From positions 10,242 to 74,241 of the forward strand of contig JACZJL010000027.1 in the NCBI GenBank assembly GCA_014860585.1: a DNA stretch of 64,000 nucleotides, given 5' to 3'. The notes under the pieces are model-generated. The model searched no databases. It was not told where the DNA came from and saw only the letters and a program-made list of their open reading frames with translations. Positions 10,401-17,791 of this stretch are shown here, piece after piece. The position numbers and the translations under genes were made by a program. Numbering within the stretch: position 1 is the stretch's first letter; every line of letters starts with the position of its first letter. Origin of the DNA: Bacteroidales bacterium (lineage in GTDB: Bacteria > Bacteroidota > Bacteroidia > Bacteroidales > 4484-276).

Positions 10401-10879
10401 ACAAACCCAAACCGCTCACTGTTGTACCATCCATATCTGAAACGCAACCCAAGATCATTATTGATCTCTTCGAAAATGATTTTATTGCCGTAACTACTCT
10501 TGTAAATGTTTCTGGCAGTGTTGTAAAATCTCAGCGAGTTATCGGTGAAAGGTTCCCACAGCGATGTTTTACCGTCCTTTTTTACCAGAAAGTAAGACCT
10601 GCTTCCGGTTTTTCCTTTGTAGTCATGGATTTTGTCGTCGGTATAATACGGAAATAGCGCATTATCGCGATCTTTTCGCCCAGCCGACACCGAGCCGTTG
10701 CTTGAGATAAACATCCAGTGGTCTGAATCACTCACAATGCTGATAAAAAAATCAGGCATTTCATGATAATTCCTTATCTGGTAGAATTCCTCCCCATCAA
10801 TTTCTACAAATTGCCCTGTAACAGGCATTGGTTTAAAATTGATCTCACTGTTTCCCAGAAATATGGCTTGGTTTTTCAT
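7412..10879 (-). CDS. 1155-aa cytoplasmic protein; candidate GH94-clan (GH149/GH161-type) beta-1,3-glucan/oligosaccharide phosphorylase
   Basis: Clean ATG start, no signal peptide or TM segment, located inside the beta-glucan PUL. The size is in the range I recall for GH149/GH161 enzymes. The motif RPEWNDANNALVG resembles the (A/G)DWND(C/G)xN catalytic-acid motif I remember from GH94 phosphorylases. A basic stretch SRRHGDPSRPWNRF could be a phosphate site. The CDS is certain; the function is a hypothesis. Confidence 0.55.
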   Translation of the reverse strand: MKNQAIFLGNSEINFKPMPVTGQFVEIDGEEFYQIRNYHEMPDFFISIVSDSDHWMFISSNGSVSAGRKDRDNALFPYYTDDKIHDYKGKTGSRSYFLVKKDGKTSLWEPFTDNSLRFYNTARNIYKSSYGNKIIFEEINNDLGLRFRYGWYNSERFGFVKESILVNISEKPVSVDLLDGLKNVLPSGVGYAFQNEYSNLVDAYKKSEKAEDSSLGLFMLSAIPVDRAEPSEALFATSVWTTGLGEMVNVLVSEHQVNNFIRGEAVETEENIRGARGAYFVNSKISLKANDQRRWFTIAEINQSNTDVANLDHFILNTRNPVELILANILKGTENLKRMVSLADGFQVTNTEMCCARHYTNTLFNIMRGGVFVNNYQVDKADFKLYLSQINRLLSKEFQNWLEKLPESFTYYDLTKHAEKTNNADLIRIAGEYLPLTFSRRHGDPSRPWNRFSIETKNEDGSVKYYYEGNWRDIFQNWEALCYSFPEFTEGIISKFVNSSTIDGYNPYRIMRDGIDWEVPEPDDPWAYIGYWGDHQIIYLQKLLELSFNFHPGKLERLLTSDIYAYANVPYRIKPFEDIMRNPKDTVVFDFDLNHKIKTEAAYLGADASLLKNKQDNQIYRVNLTEKILVPLLSKLSNFIPEAGIWLNTQRPEWNDANNALVGNGTSMVTLYYLRRFLHFWDDKLSSVSFSSVSISEEVASLLENIHQFLDENTKLLNANFSGADRLRFIEFLGKAHAKYRNEIYTYSFSGVRRQIPVKNIVAFFKVCLHYIDHSIRANRRKDALYHAYNLISVKQDGIEIRHLYEMLEGQVAVLSSGLLSSEENLEVLNALKKSNMFREDQYSYMLYPNRILHSFMEKNWIPEELVESSALLKKLLADKNADIIQQDALGEYHFNSTFRNAGVLELSLGNLKASGYSQLVEEEKEKILAIYEEVFDHQSFTGRSGTFFGYEGLGSIYWHMVSKLLLAAQECFFQAVAEGASSKIIGQLKQHYYEIKAGIGLYKNPELYGAFPTDAHSHTPANSGAKQPGLTGQVKEDVIARLGELALSISNGSIVFEPALVNEEEILEKNQKFEFYSINGEPVQLSLIKGQIGFTFCLTPILLNFSAKDTITVFYADGSTEEVAGRKLNPRISSMVFSRNGEIERVEVSLKTKK

Positions 10880-10994
10880 TAATAATTGAAATATTGAATT
10901 TTGTTGATCTATTTGATTTTGATAATCATGTTACCCGAAAATTTTGAACTAAACTTATTGTAAGGTTGACAAAGCCTATTTGAAATAACTGATG

Positions 10995-11026
10995 CAAAGT
11001 TAATTCACCTTTAAAACGACACCAAA
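10995..11026 (-). promoter_or_regulatory. Bacteroidota sigma-A type promoter candidate for the 10879-start transcription unit
   Basis: Read on the minus strand: TTTG (11026-11023), 20 nt, then TAACTTTG (11002-10995). This matches the TTTG / TAnnTTTG (-33/-7) consensus known for Bacteroides. It lies in the only long (585 bp) gap inside the PUL. Confidence 0.35.
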
Positions 11027-11464
11027 TTTTCCTGTACGTCAAAGTTGCAGCAAAAACAATATCTCACTACATCAAAACTTCATCAATCAAAAGTTAAATA
11101 ATTGATTATGTAATGGATAAGATAAAGAAATATCATTTTTCATTCATTACAGCATCAGAAACAAGTTGGTCATGAGTTATCATCTTTGGCCAGGGATTAT
11201 TGGTGAATATTTTCAAATTACCGGCAGTTTTCAACTTTTACTGCCAAATTTTAGTTGCTTAGGCTAATATACTGATCAACCTAATGTTAGGCTGAGATGC
11301 GATTCCGGTTGAAATTGATGGGGGAATGGGGTGATGGTAATGCCCAACTGCCTGGTGCAGACTGTTTACTGCCGACTAATCCCCAAAGGTCTTCTCACGG
11401 GGAGAATTTTTGATCCCGAAGAATAAGCTGAAAGTCTTACCCAGTTATATTGAATATTGCTTGA

Positions 11465-12403
11465 TCATTTCCCATTCACCTGCTTCACCGCAACCTTCGG
11501 TGTCCGGTCAACCTTGAATAAACCCCAGTGTTTTTCGGGCTCAAGGGGTTCAGGAGAGCCTTTCCACGATTCATCGAAAGCCTCGAAGAAAAAGGCCAGG
11601 ATGTTTTCTTTTGCTGTCCACTCCATCAGCTTTTCGAAGTAGATCTTCTGAAATTCTTCATTCACATTTTCAGGATGGATACCCCTGCCATTCGAACTTG
11701 TTGCCCAGCCTGCCTCAGTGATTGCGACCTGCTTTTGTGGATATTTATTTGCTACCGCGTAGTAATTTTCCCTGGTGTAGTTGAGCGCCTCGCTGATGTG
11801 CCTGTATTCCCAAACGGGATAGGTGTGTATGGAGATAAAGTCCACTGCTTCGGCCAGATTTTGCAATTTGATCAGCCACGGCACATAGTTTTCGCAAAAA
11901 GTAACCGGTTGGGCGATTTTGGCTTTTACCTGTTGCACATAATCCATCACTTTGCTTTCGGGGACATAATGATCGGTCCACTCCACACAGGCTTCATTTC
12001 CCACTGAAACCGAAAAGATGATCTCCGGGTATTTTTTCGCCAGCCCGATTAAACATTCTATGCGTTTTTGATTGTACACCATGTTGAATTCCAATTGCTC
12101 TTCCGAATAAACCCCTCCATTCCAGGGGCAATTGAAGTTGTTCATCTCGGCGCCAATATAAGCCCCGAGCATCAGCCGGAAATCGAGTTTTTCATGGCGA
12201 ATAACTTCTAAAACTGTTTCGGCGTGTTGGTCGCAATCAAACAGGCGGAGGTATTTCCAATGGCCGTGCAGGATCAACAGGTCTTCCCTGATCTCATCAT
12301 AAGTAGGGTAGATGTGGCCGGGATGCTGCCCTTCTCTGAACCCAGAATAGCAAATGGCGCGGCCGGGTTCGATTTTCAATTTTTCAAACAGATTAACCGA
12401 CAT
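11465..12403 (-). CDS. GH17 family beta-1,3-glucan hydrolase/transglycosylase, no signal peptide (cytoplasmic)
   Basis: GH17 hallmarks: SVGNEACVEW (acid/base Glu), VAITEAGWATS (nucleophile Glu), FFFEAFDESWKG. The N-terminus MSVNLFEKLKIEPGRAICYSGF has no hydrophobic leader. Confidence 0.85.
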   Translation of the reverse strand: MSVNLFEKLKIEPGRAICYSGFREGQHPGHIYPTYDEIREDLLILHGHWKYLRLFDCDQHAETVLEVIRHEKLDFRLMLGAYIGAEMNNFNCPWNGGVYSEEQLEFNMVYNQKRIECLIGLAKKYPEIIFSVSVGNEACVEWTDHYVPESKVMDYVQQVKAKIAQPVTFCENYVPWLIKLQNLAEAVDFISIHTYPVWEYRHISEALNYTRENYYAVANKYPQKQVAITEAGWATSSNGRGIHPENVNEEFQKIYFEKLMEWTAKENILAFFFEAFDESWKGSPEPLEPEKHWGLFKVDRTPKVAVKQVNGK

Positions 12404-13304
12404 ATTTCAATTTTTCAAAGCGGTCCCAAATGCCCCAGAATGCACCAACATCCCCTTCAACGCCCACTTTCCACGATTCGTCAAAGGAGGAAAAGTAAAA
12501 CACTTCAATCTCTTCATCTTTAGCCCAAAGCTGTGTGTTGATGAAATATTTCATGGCGCTCAATTCATCAGGCGCAGCATTGCCGAGGCTAGCGCCTTTG
12601 TTTGGCCAGCCTGTTTCGGTAATGATGACCCTTTTACCATTTCCGGCTGCTTTGGCCTGGTTATACATCTGCTGCATGTGCTGGAGCGCCCACCTGAAAT
12701 CTGTGCCTTCCCAAAATGGATAGCAGTTGCACAAAACGACATCGCAGGCTTCGGTTATAGCGGGTCTTTTCGAAAACTCGTAGTAAGCATCCACATAGCC
12801 GACAGGCACGCCGGGAATCTGATTTTTCACCAGTTTGATGTAATTTATAAGCTCAGTTTCGTCCATATCCTTACGGTAGAGCACTTCGTTACCCACTGCG
12901 GCAATATCCACAAAGCCCTCTTTAGCCAGTTGAATCAGATTTTCGATCTCCTCGCGGTTTTTATCTTCCTCTTTGCCCAGCCAGGCGCCAACAAGTGTTT
13001 TGAGGCCGAGCTCTTTGGCAATTTTGGGAACCAATTCATTTCCCTGAATGCAGGAAAACGACCTCACCCAGCCCGTGTAAGGCTTCAGGATTTCCATCCT
13101 CCGCCTGATCTGCCCCGCCGAAATGATATCGCCGGGTTTCTGGCCATCCTCATAAATGCTGAAACAAAAGCCATGAACCCCGCCATCCAACACTTCAACA
13201 AACATGCTGCGGATGTCGTCATTTGTTTTATCATCAAAGAAGCTTTCGCTTTGAATCATTCCTGATTCTTTAAACTTTAAAAACCTTTCTGCTCTGTAGG
13301 ACAT
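12393..13304 (-). CDS. GH17 family beta-1,3-glucan hydrolase/transglycosylase, no signal peptide (cytoplasmic)
   Basis: AAVGNEVLYR, VIITETGWPNKG, YFSSFDESWK. The N-terminus MSYRAERFLKFKESGMIQ is not a leader. Its 3' end overlaps the next GH17 start by 11 nt (12393-12403). Confidence 0.85.
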   Translation of the reverse strand: MSYRAERFLKFKESGMIQSESFFDDKTNDDIRSMFVEVLDGGVHGFCFSIYEDGQKPGDIISAGQIRRRMEILKPYTGWVRSFSCIQGNELVPKIAKELGLKTLVGAWLGKEEDKNREEIENLIQLAKEGFVDIAAVGNEVLYRKDMDETELINYIKLVKNQIPGVPVGYVDAYYEFSKRPAITEACDVVLCNCYPFWEGTDFRWALQHMQQMYNQAKAAGNGKRVIITETGWPNKGASLGNAAPDELSAMKYFINTQLWAKDEEIEVFYFSSFDESWKVGVEGDVGAFWGIWDRFEKLKYVG

Positions 13305-13373
13305 AGTGTAAAATATTGATTATTATTTATTTGCCTGGAAGTTCCTAATATTTGACTGTGAAAAAATTTAGCG

Positions 13374-14804
13374 CTACAGTTCGCCCCGCCGCCTGACCAA
13401 TTCATTTTTTATTTCCCTTGCTTTTTCTTCGGTCAGATCATATTTCCACATCACGAGAATAGCCAAACCGGCTGTTAGCGCCGGAATAACAATATCGGCA
13501 ATTCTAAGATTAGTGAGTGTTTCGGCATTTTGTAGCGATGCATTCTGGTCGAACCCTACCATCTTCAACACCAGGCCGCCCAATACGAGTGCAAGTGCCT
13601 GTCCCAATTTGACCATCCACCAGTAGATTGCTCCGAATGTTCCCTCTTTTCGCGGCATGCCGTTGTTCAGTTCGTCGAGGTCGCAAACATCGGCAGTCAT
13701 GCTCATCATTAATGTGAAAAGTCCTCCAATACCAAACACCATCAACGGAACGGGCATAAAAAGCAGCCAGTGATTGGCAGGATTGAACCCCCACCATTTG
13801 AGGGCATACCCGACTATCGAAATGAAAGTTGAAACAATAAAGGCGTTTCTTTTACCCCATTTGTTCGACATCCAGGTGATGATAGGTATGATCAGGAATG
13901 CTGTGGATATGGCACTTATTGTCGAAAACCAGGCAGGCCATGTGCCGGCAGCGCCATAATCGCCTCTGAACATATAGAAAACAATGATGAAATAGCTGAA
14001 TGAGGCCACCATCTGATAGCCGTTAAAAACTAAAAACGTTGCACCGCAAAGCCTTACAAATGGGATGTTTTTAAAGATCAGTCCCATATTTTTAATCAAG
14101 CTTTTAAAGTTTTTTGCAAGATTTTTAAATGTGATATCGTCTCTGTTAGAAAGGTTGGCCTGGTCAATCTCTTTACAAAAAATAGCCGGCAATAAACCTA
14201 ATATCAGACATATTGCACCTACGATAATAGACAATTTGCGTACGCCCATAGCCTGGTTTGCAAACAAGTCGGGGCTGGCAATGATCACCCAAAACCAGGG
14301 GACGATCATCCAGGCCACCTGTCCGATAGTTTGTGAGAATCCCATCAGGCGTGTGCGCTCGTTGTAATCAGAGGTCATTTCGTAACCCAGTCCGATGAGC
14401 GGAGTGGAGTAAATGGTGTTGCCAATGATATAAACGATGGACAAGATAAGGAAATACCAGAAGTTGTACATCTGGGAGTCTTCCGGGTTCATCTGCCACA
14501 GAACGGCAAACAAAATACCACTTAAAATAGCGCCGATAAAAATGTACGGCCTTCGGCGACCAAAGCGCGACTTGGTGTTGTCGGTGATATAGCCCATGAT
14601 CGGGTCGGTAATCGCATCGAAAAAGCGGGGCAATCCGCCGAGCAATCCCGCCAAAAATGGATCCATGCCATAAGCCGTGAGCAAAAAGAACATGAATACT
14701 CCAAGTGATCCCGGCAATAAATTATTGACCAGATTGCCTGCTCCGAAAGCTGCCTTCTGTATCAGCGGCACACGGTCTTTTAGCGGTGTTTCATAAGTTG
14801 TCAT
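13374..14804 (-). CDS. GPH-family (glycoside-pentoside-hexuronide:cation) symporter
   Basis: About 12 predicted TM segments. The GPH-type motif is ITDNTKSRFGRRRPYIFIGA. The track start at 14813 is a TTG; I prefer the in-frame ATG at 14804 (MTTYETPLKD..). Confidence 0.85.
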   Translation of the reverse strand: MTTYETPLKDRVPLIQKAAFGAGNLVNNLLPGSLGVFMFFLLTAYGMDPFLAGLLGGLPRFFDAITDPIMGYITDNTKSRFGRRRPYIFIGAILSGILFAVLWQMNPEDSQMYNFWYFLILSIVYIIGNTIYSTPLIGLGYEMTSDYNERTRLMGFSQTIGQVAWMIVPWFWVIIASPDLFANQAMGVRKLSIIVGAICLILGLLPAIFCKEIDQANLSNRDDITFKNLAKNFKSLIKNMGLIFKNIPFVRLCGATFLVFNGYQMVASFSYFIIVFYMFRGDYGAAGTWPAWFSTISAISTAFLIIPIITWMSNKWGKRNAFIVSTFISIVGYALKWWGFNPANHWLLFMPVPLMVFGIGGLFTLMMSMTADVCDLDELNNGMPRKEGTFGAIYWWMVKLGQALALVLGGLVLKMVGFDQNASLQNAETLTNLRIADIVIPALTAGLAILVMWKYDLTEEKAREIKNELVRRRGEL

Positions 14805-14829
14805 AGCTTGCAAATTTATTAGTTGGTTG

Positions 14830-16287
14830 TTAGCCTGCTGTCGGTATTAGTATGGTTTGTATTGCCTTGCCTTGAATGGTAAATTCGATGGATTTGCCGA
14901 AAAGTGAAAGTTTTATTGCTTTTTCAGCGTCATTTGGGTTGAAGAGGATTACAGCGATCGTTCCATCTGGATTTTCAGCGGCAGTAACCATCAGGTCTTC
15001 GGATGGATTATCGAACCCAATCCTTGTGGCGCCTGGTCGGATAAACCTGCTGAAATGTGCGAGGGTGTAGTACAGCGGGGTAAAATAAACCTCATCCTGC
15101 TCCTGATCAACGATCACGGGGGCTACACACCAGTTTTTTGCCCAGTTGGGGCCGCCCTGCCTGTCGAGTACCATGTTCCAGTCAACCCAGCCATCCACTT
15201 GGTTATTTAAACAGCCGATGATGTCGCGGGCATATCTGAACACCGGTACGTATTTAGGATGAAGGTATTTGTGCTCTTCCGGCGCCCAGTCCCAGCCCCA
15301 GTCGGTAGCTTCCTTCGACCAGTACCAGGCATCATCCTTCCACTTTGGAACTTCAGCATCCACACACGCTTCGGTGTTGATCAGGTGTTTGTCGGGCGCT
15401 TTTTGATGGGCATATTGCAAGGCTTCGGGGAAATAATCGTAGGTGCTGGCGTACCAATGCACAGCGGTTCCGTCGAAATATTGCGCTGCTTCTGCATCGT
15501 CATACATCGCATCCACCCAATGTATCATTTCTTCGTCGCGGTTCTGATCAAATCCGAAAATCTTCACCTTCTGTCCTTCAGCTTTCAGTTTTGGGCCTAA
15601 ATGATTTTTTACAAACTCGTTCATCTCTTCCGGGGTGAAGTGCATGCTTTCCCAGTTGCTGTCGTTGCCCAGCGGTTCATTTTCCACAGTAAAAGCCCAG
15701 ATGTCAATGCCTTCAGCGCGGTAAGCTTCAAGGTATTTCGAAAAAAATAAAGCCCAGGTGTCATAGTATTTTGGCAAAAGCTTTCCGCCGCGCCAGTCGT
15801 TGTTGTCTTTCATCCACGGTGGAGCTGTCCAGGGCGATGAGATGATTTTGAAGCCCTCTTTTGAAATGGCCATGGCATCTTTGATCATGGGAATGATGTC
15901 GTCCATATCTTCTTCAATGGAAAAGTATTCCAGTTCCAAATCATCCGGAACCGGTGCATAGGAATAATTGCCAATGGAAAAATCACTGGAGTTCATGTGG
16001 GTTCTTGTCAGCGAATACTGTGCGCCCGATTCGCCGAAGTAGGCTTCGAGGATTTTGTTGCGGTTTTCAGGGCTTAGCTGGTTGAGCAGGTAAGCCGAGG
16101 TTTCGGTAAATGAGCCGCCAAAGCCGGTAATTTTTTGAAATCTCTCTTCAGGTAAAATATAAATTTCAACAAGGTCTTCAGCAGTAGGAAATTCAACCAA
16201 TCTGGTCATCCGGTTCCCGCTTTGGGAGGTTTCGTAAATTTCCACATTCAATTTTTCCGGTTTCATGCAACTGTTCATAAGTATCAT
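14830..16287 (-). CDS. GH30 (glucosylceramidase-like; beta-1,6-glucosidase candidate); true start uncertain
   Basis: ITGFGGSFTE, SSPWTAPPWMKD, FTVENEP (acid/base), HLINTEAC (nucleophile), DRQGGPNW. The ORF stays open up to 16521, but that extension reads through a palindromic repeat (16313-16454) and overlaps the upstream GH17 gene. Candidate ATGs are at 16287, 16278 and 16266. The preceding residues ..KQHLTGIFLIMILMNSC look like a lipoprotein leader that has lost its start codon. Confidence 0.8.
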   Translation of the reverse strand: MILMNSCMKPEKLNVEIYETSQSGNRMTRLVEFPTAEDLVEIYILPEERFQKITGFGGSFTETSAYLLNQLSPENRNKILEAYFGESGAQYSLTRTHMNSSDFSIGNYSYAPVPDDLELEYFSIEEDMDDIIPMIKDAMAISKEGFKIISSPWTAPPWMKDNNDWRGGKLLPKYYDTWALFFSKYLEAYRAEGIDIWAFTVENEPLGNDSNWESMHFTPEEMNEFVKNHLGPKLKAEGQKVKIFGFDQNRDEEMIHWVDAMYDDAEAAQYFDGTAVHWYASTYDYFPEALQYAHQKAPDKHLINTEACVDAEVPKWKDDAWYWSKEATDWGWDWAPEEHKYLHPKYVPVFRYARDIIGCLNNQVDGWVDWNMVLDRQGGPNWAKNWCVAPVIVDQEQDEVYFTPLYYTLAHFSRFIRPGATRIGFDNPSEDLMVTAAENPDGTIAVILFNPNDAEKAIKLSLFGKSIEFTIQGKAIQTILIPTAG

Positions 16288-16312
16288 TATTAGAAAAATA
16301 CCTGTTAGGTGC

Positions 16313-16454
16313 TGCTTGCAAGAAAACTTTAATAGTTGAAAATCAGTGAATACCCCAACCCTAAAGGGAGCACTGATTTTCAACAGTTTACTCCCTTTAG
16401 GGTAGGGGTAAATAAACTGTTGAAAATCATAGTATAATCGTTTTCTTGCAAGCA
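16313..16454. repeat. 142-bp structured palindromic element (MITE/REP-like), copy A
   Basis: Perfect 15-bp terminal inverted repeat tgcttgcaagaaaac (16313-16327) / gttttcttgcaagca (16440-16454). Inside is a perfect 14-bp hairpin gttgaaaatcagtg / cactgattttcaac. Its loop taccccaaccctaaagggag is complementary (19/20) to the downstream ctccctttagggtaggggta. It is related to copy B at 53105-53194. Confidence 0.6.
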
Positions 16455-16487
16455 TTAGATAGTAAATAATTGATTTCATATTATAAA

Positions 16488-17765
16488 TCAGTTTTGTTTT
16501 GTTCGTTGCTTGATTTCCCAAACTGTTGGCGGCGCCTTCACCTCTTTCATCATTGCTTCCCTGTCGCCGTTGTAGGTTTTGGTGATCGGTTTTCCGTTGC
16601 GGGTCAACCCGTCGAAAACCCCTTCATCCAACATATCCCACAGGACGTATTTTGCCTGCGATTGCAGGTTGATCAGTCCGAAATGGTTTTCTGATCCGTG
16701 GGGGTTGGCGGCATCTTTCCATTGCTCGTCGAAGGCTTCAAAATAGAAACAGGCAATGCCGTTGCTGTTTGTCCATTCCCTCAATTGCCAATAGAAAAGT
16801 GCTGCTTTGTACTCATCCACTGCCCGTGAGTCCTCATCGCCATATAATTCGTCTGACTTTGTTGACCAGCCGGTTTCGCCGATATGCACAGGTTTGTTCA
16901 CTCCAAGGCTTTGCATATAATTCACCACGCTTTCGTACTGCATGACGGCGTAATTCATTGACCTGTCCATGGCAGCATGAATTTTTTCCAGATCGGATAA
17001 CATTTCTTCTTCCTCCGGCACTCCCCAGAAATCGGGATTATAGTGCGTGTCGTGCATGGGGTAAGTGTGCATCGAAATGTAATCCACCGCCCTGATCAAC
17101 TCGTTGAGGTCATCTTTATGGTACTCCGATCCGCCGCCACCCCACGAAGCAAAATTATCCGAGCTTGTAATCCAAAGCGTTTCGGACAATTCGCCGGCTT
17201 TTTTCAGATTTTGTAAATGATTCACCCATTTCAGGATGATGGCAGGTTCCACATAATAATTCCATGCCCAGTGTACCATAGCTTCGTTGCCGACGGCAAT
17301 TATTTTGACGATGTCAGGGTATTGTTTGGTCAGTTCAACGGCTCTCGCAATTTCCACGGCATTGCGCCCGCTCTCTTCGTTGCGGATGCGGTCGGGAAGG
17401 TCGGTCCAGGCATTTTTGCAGTCAATCCAGGCGCCAAGCATCACATACATTTCAAAACCGGGGTCTTCCTGTTTCAATTGTTTGATGGCCTCCAGCAGAT
17501 TGGCAGCTTCATCAAGATGAACATTGTATGTGCGCAGTAATTTGATCCCCATTACCGACAAAATTTTCATGTCTTCCTTCAATTGGGGGATTGTCGGCTG
17601 AATATCCCTGGTATTCTCCCGGTATCCTCCGTAAGAGATAGACTGATAGTGAGGGTTGCCCAATATTTCGGCTGCAGTTTTATCCGTGATTTCCGTACTT
17701 TGAGAGCAGGAGATCGTCAACGATGCCGCAAAAAATGCAATCAGGTATGGTAAAAGTCTTTTCAT
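16488..17765 (-). CDS. GH17 family beta-1,3-glucanase, lipoprotein
   Basis: Lipoprotein leader MKRLLPYLIAFFAASLTISC. GH17 motifs AVGNEAMVHW, VHIGETGWSTKS, YFEAFDEQWKD. Confidence 0.85.
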   Translation of the reverse strand: MKRLLPYLIAFFAASLTISCSQSTEITDKTAAEILGNPHYQSISYGGYRENTRDIQPTIPQLKEDMKILSVMGIKLLRTYNVHLDEAANLLEAIKQLKQEDPGFEMYVMLGAWIDCKNAWTDLPDRIRNEESGRNAVEIARAVELTKQYPDIVKIIAVGNEAMVHWAWNYYVEPAIILKWVNHLQNLKKAGELSETLWITSSDNFASWGGGGSEYHKDDLNELIRAVDYISMHTYPMHDTHYNPDFWGVPEEEEMLSDLEKIHAAMDRSMNYAVMQYESVVNYMQSLGVNKPVHIGETGWSTKSDELYGDEDSRAVDEYKAALFYWQLREWTNSNGIACFYFEAFDEQWKDAANPHGSENHFGLINLQSQAKYVLWDMLDEGVFDGLTRNGKPITKTYNGDREAMMKEVKAPPTVWEIKQRTKQN

Positions 17766-17791
17766 ATTAAATCACACAGTCAAAGTTTCGA

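Noticed and set aside
12354-13265. 303-aa plus-strand ORF mirroring the GH17 gene. Similar long antisense ORFs occur at 11528-12007, 20870-21583, 22233-22793 and 25543-25995.
   Set aside because: They lie fully antisense to genes with clear catalytic motifs. Their translations are low-complexity with no recognisable motif, leader or partner context. They are typical shadow ORFs.
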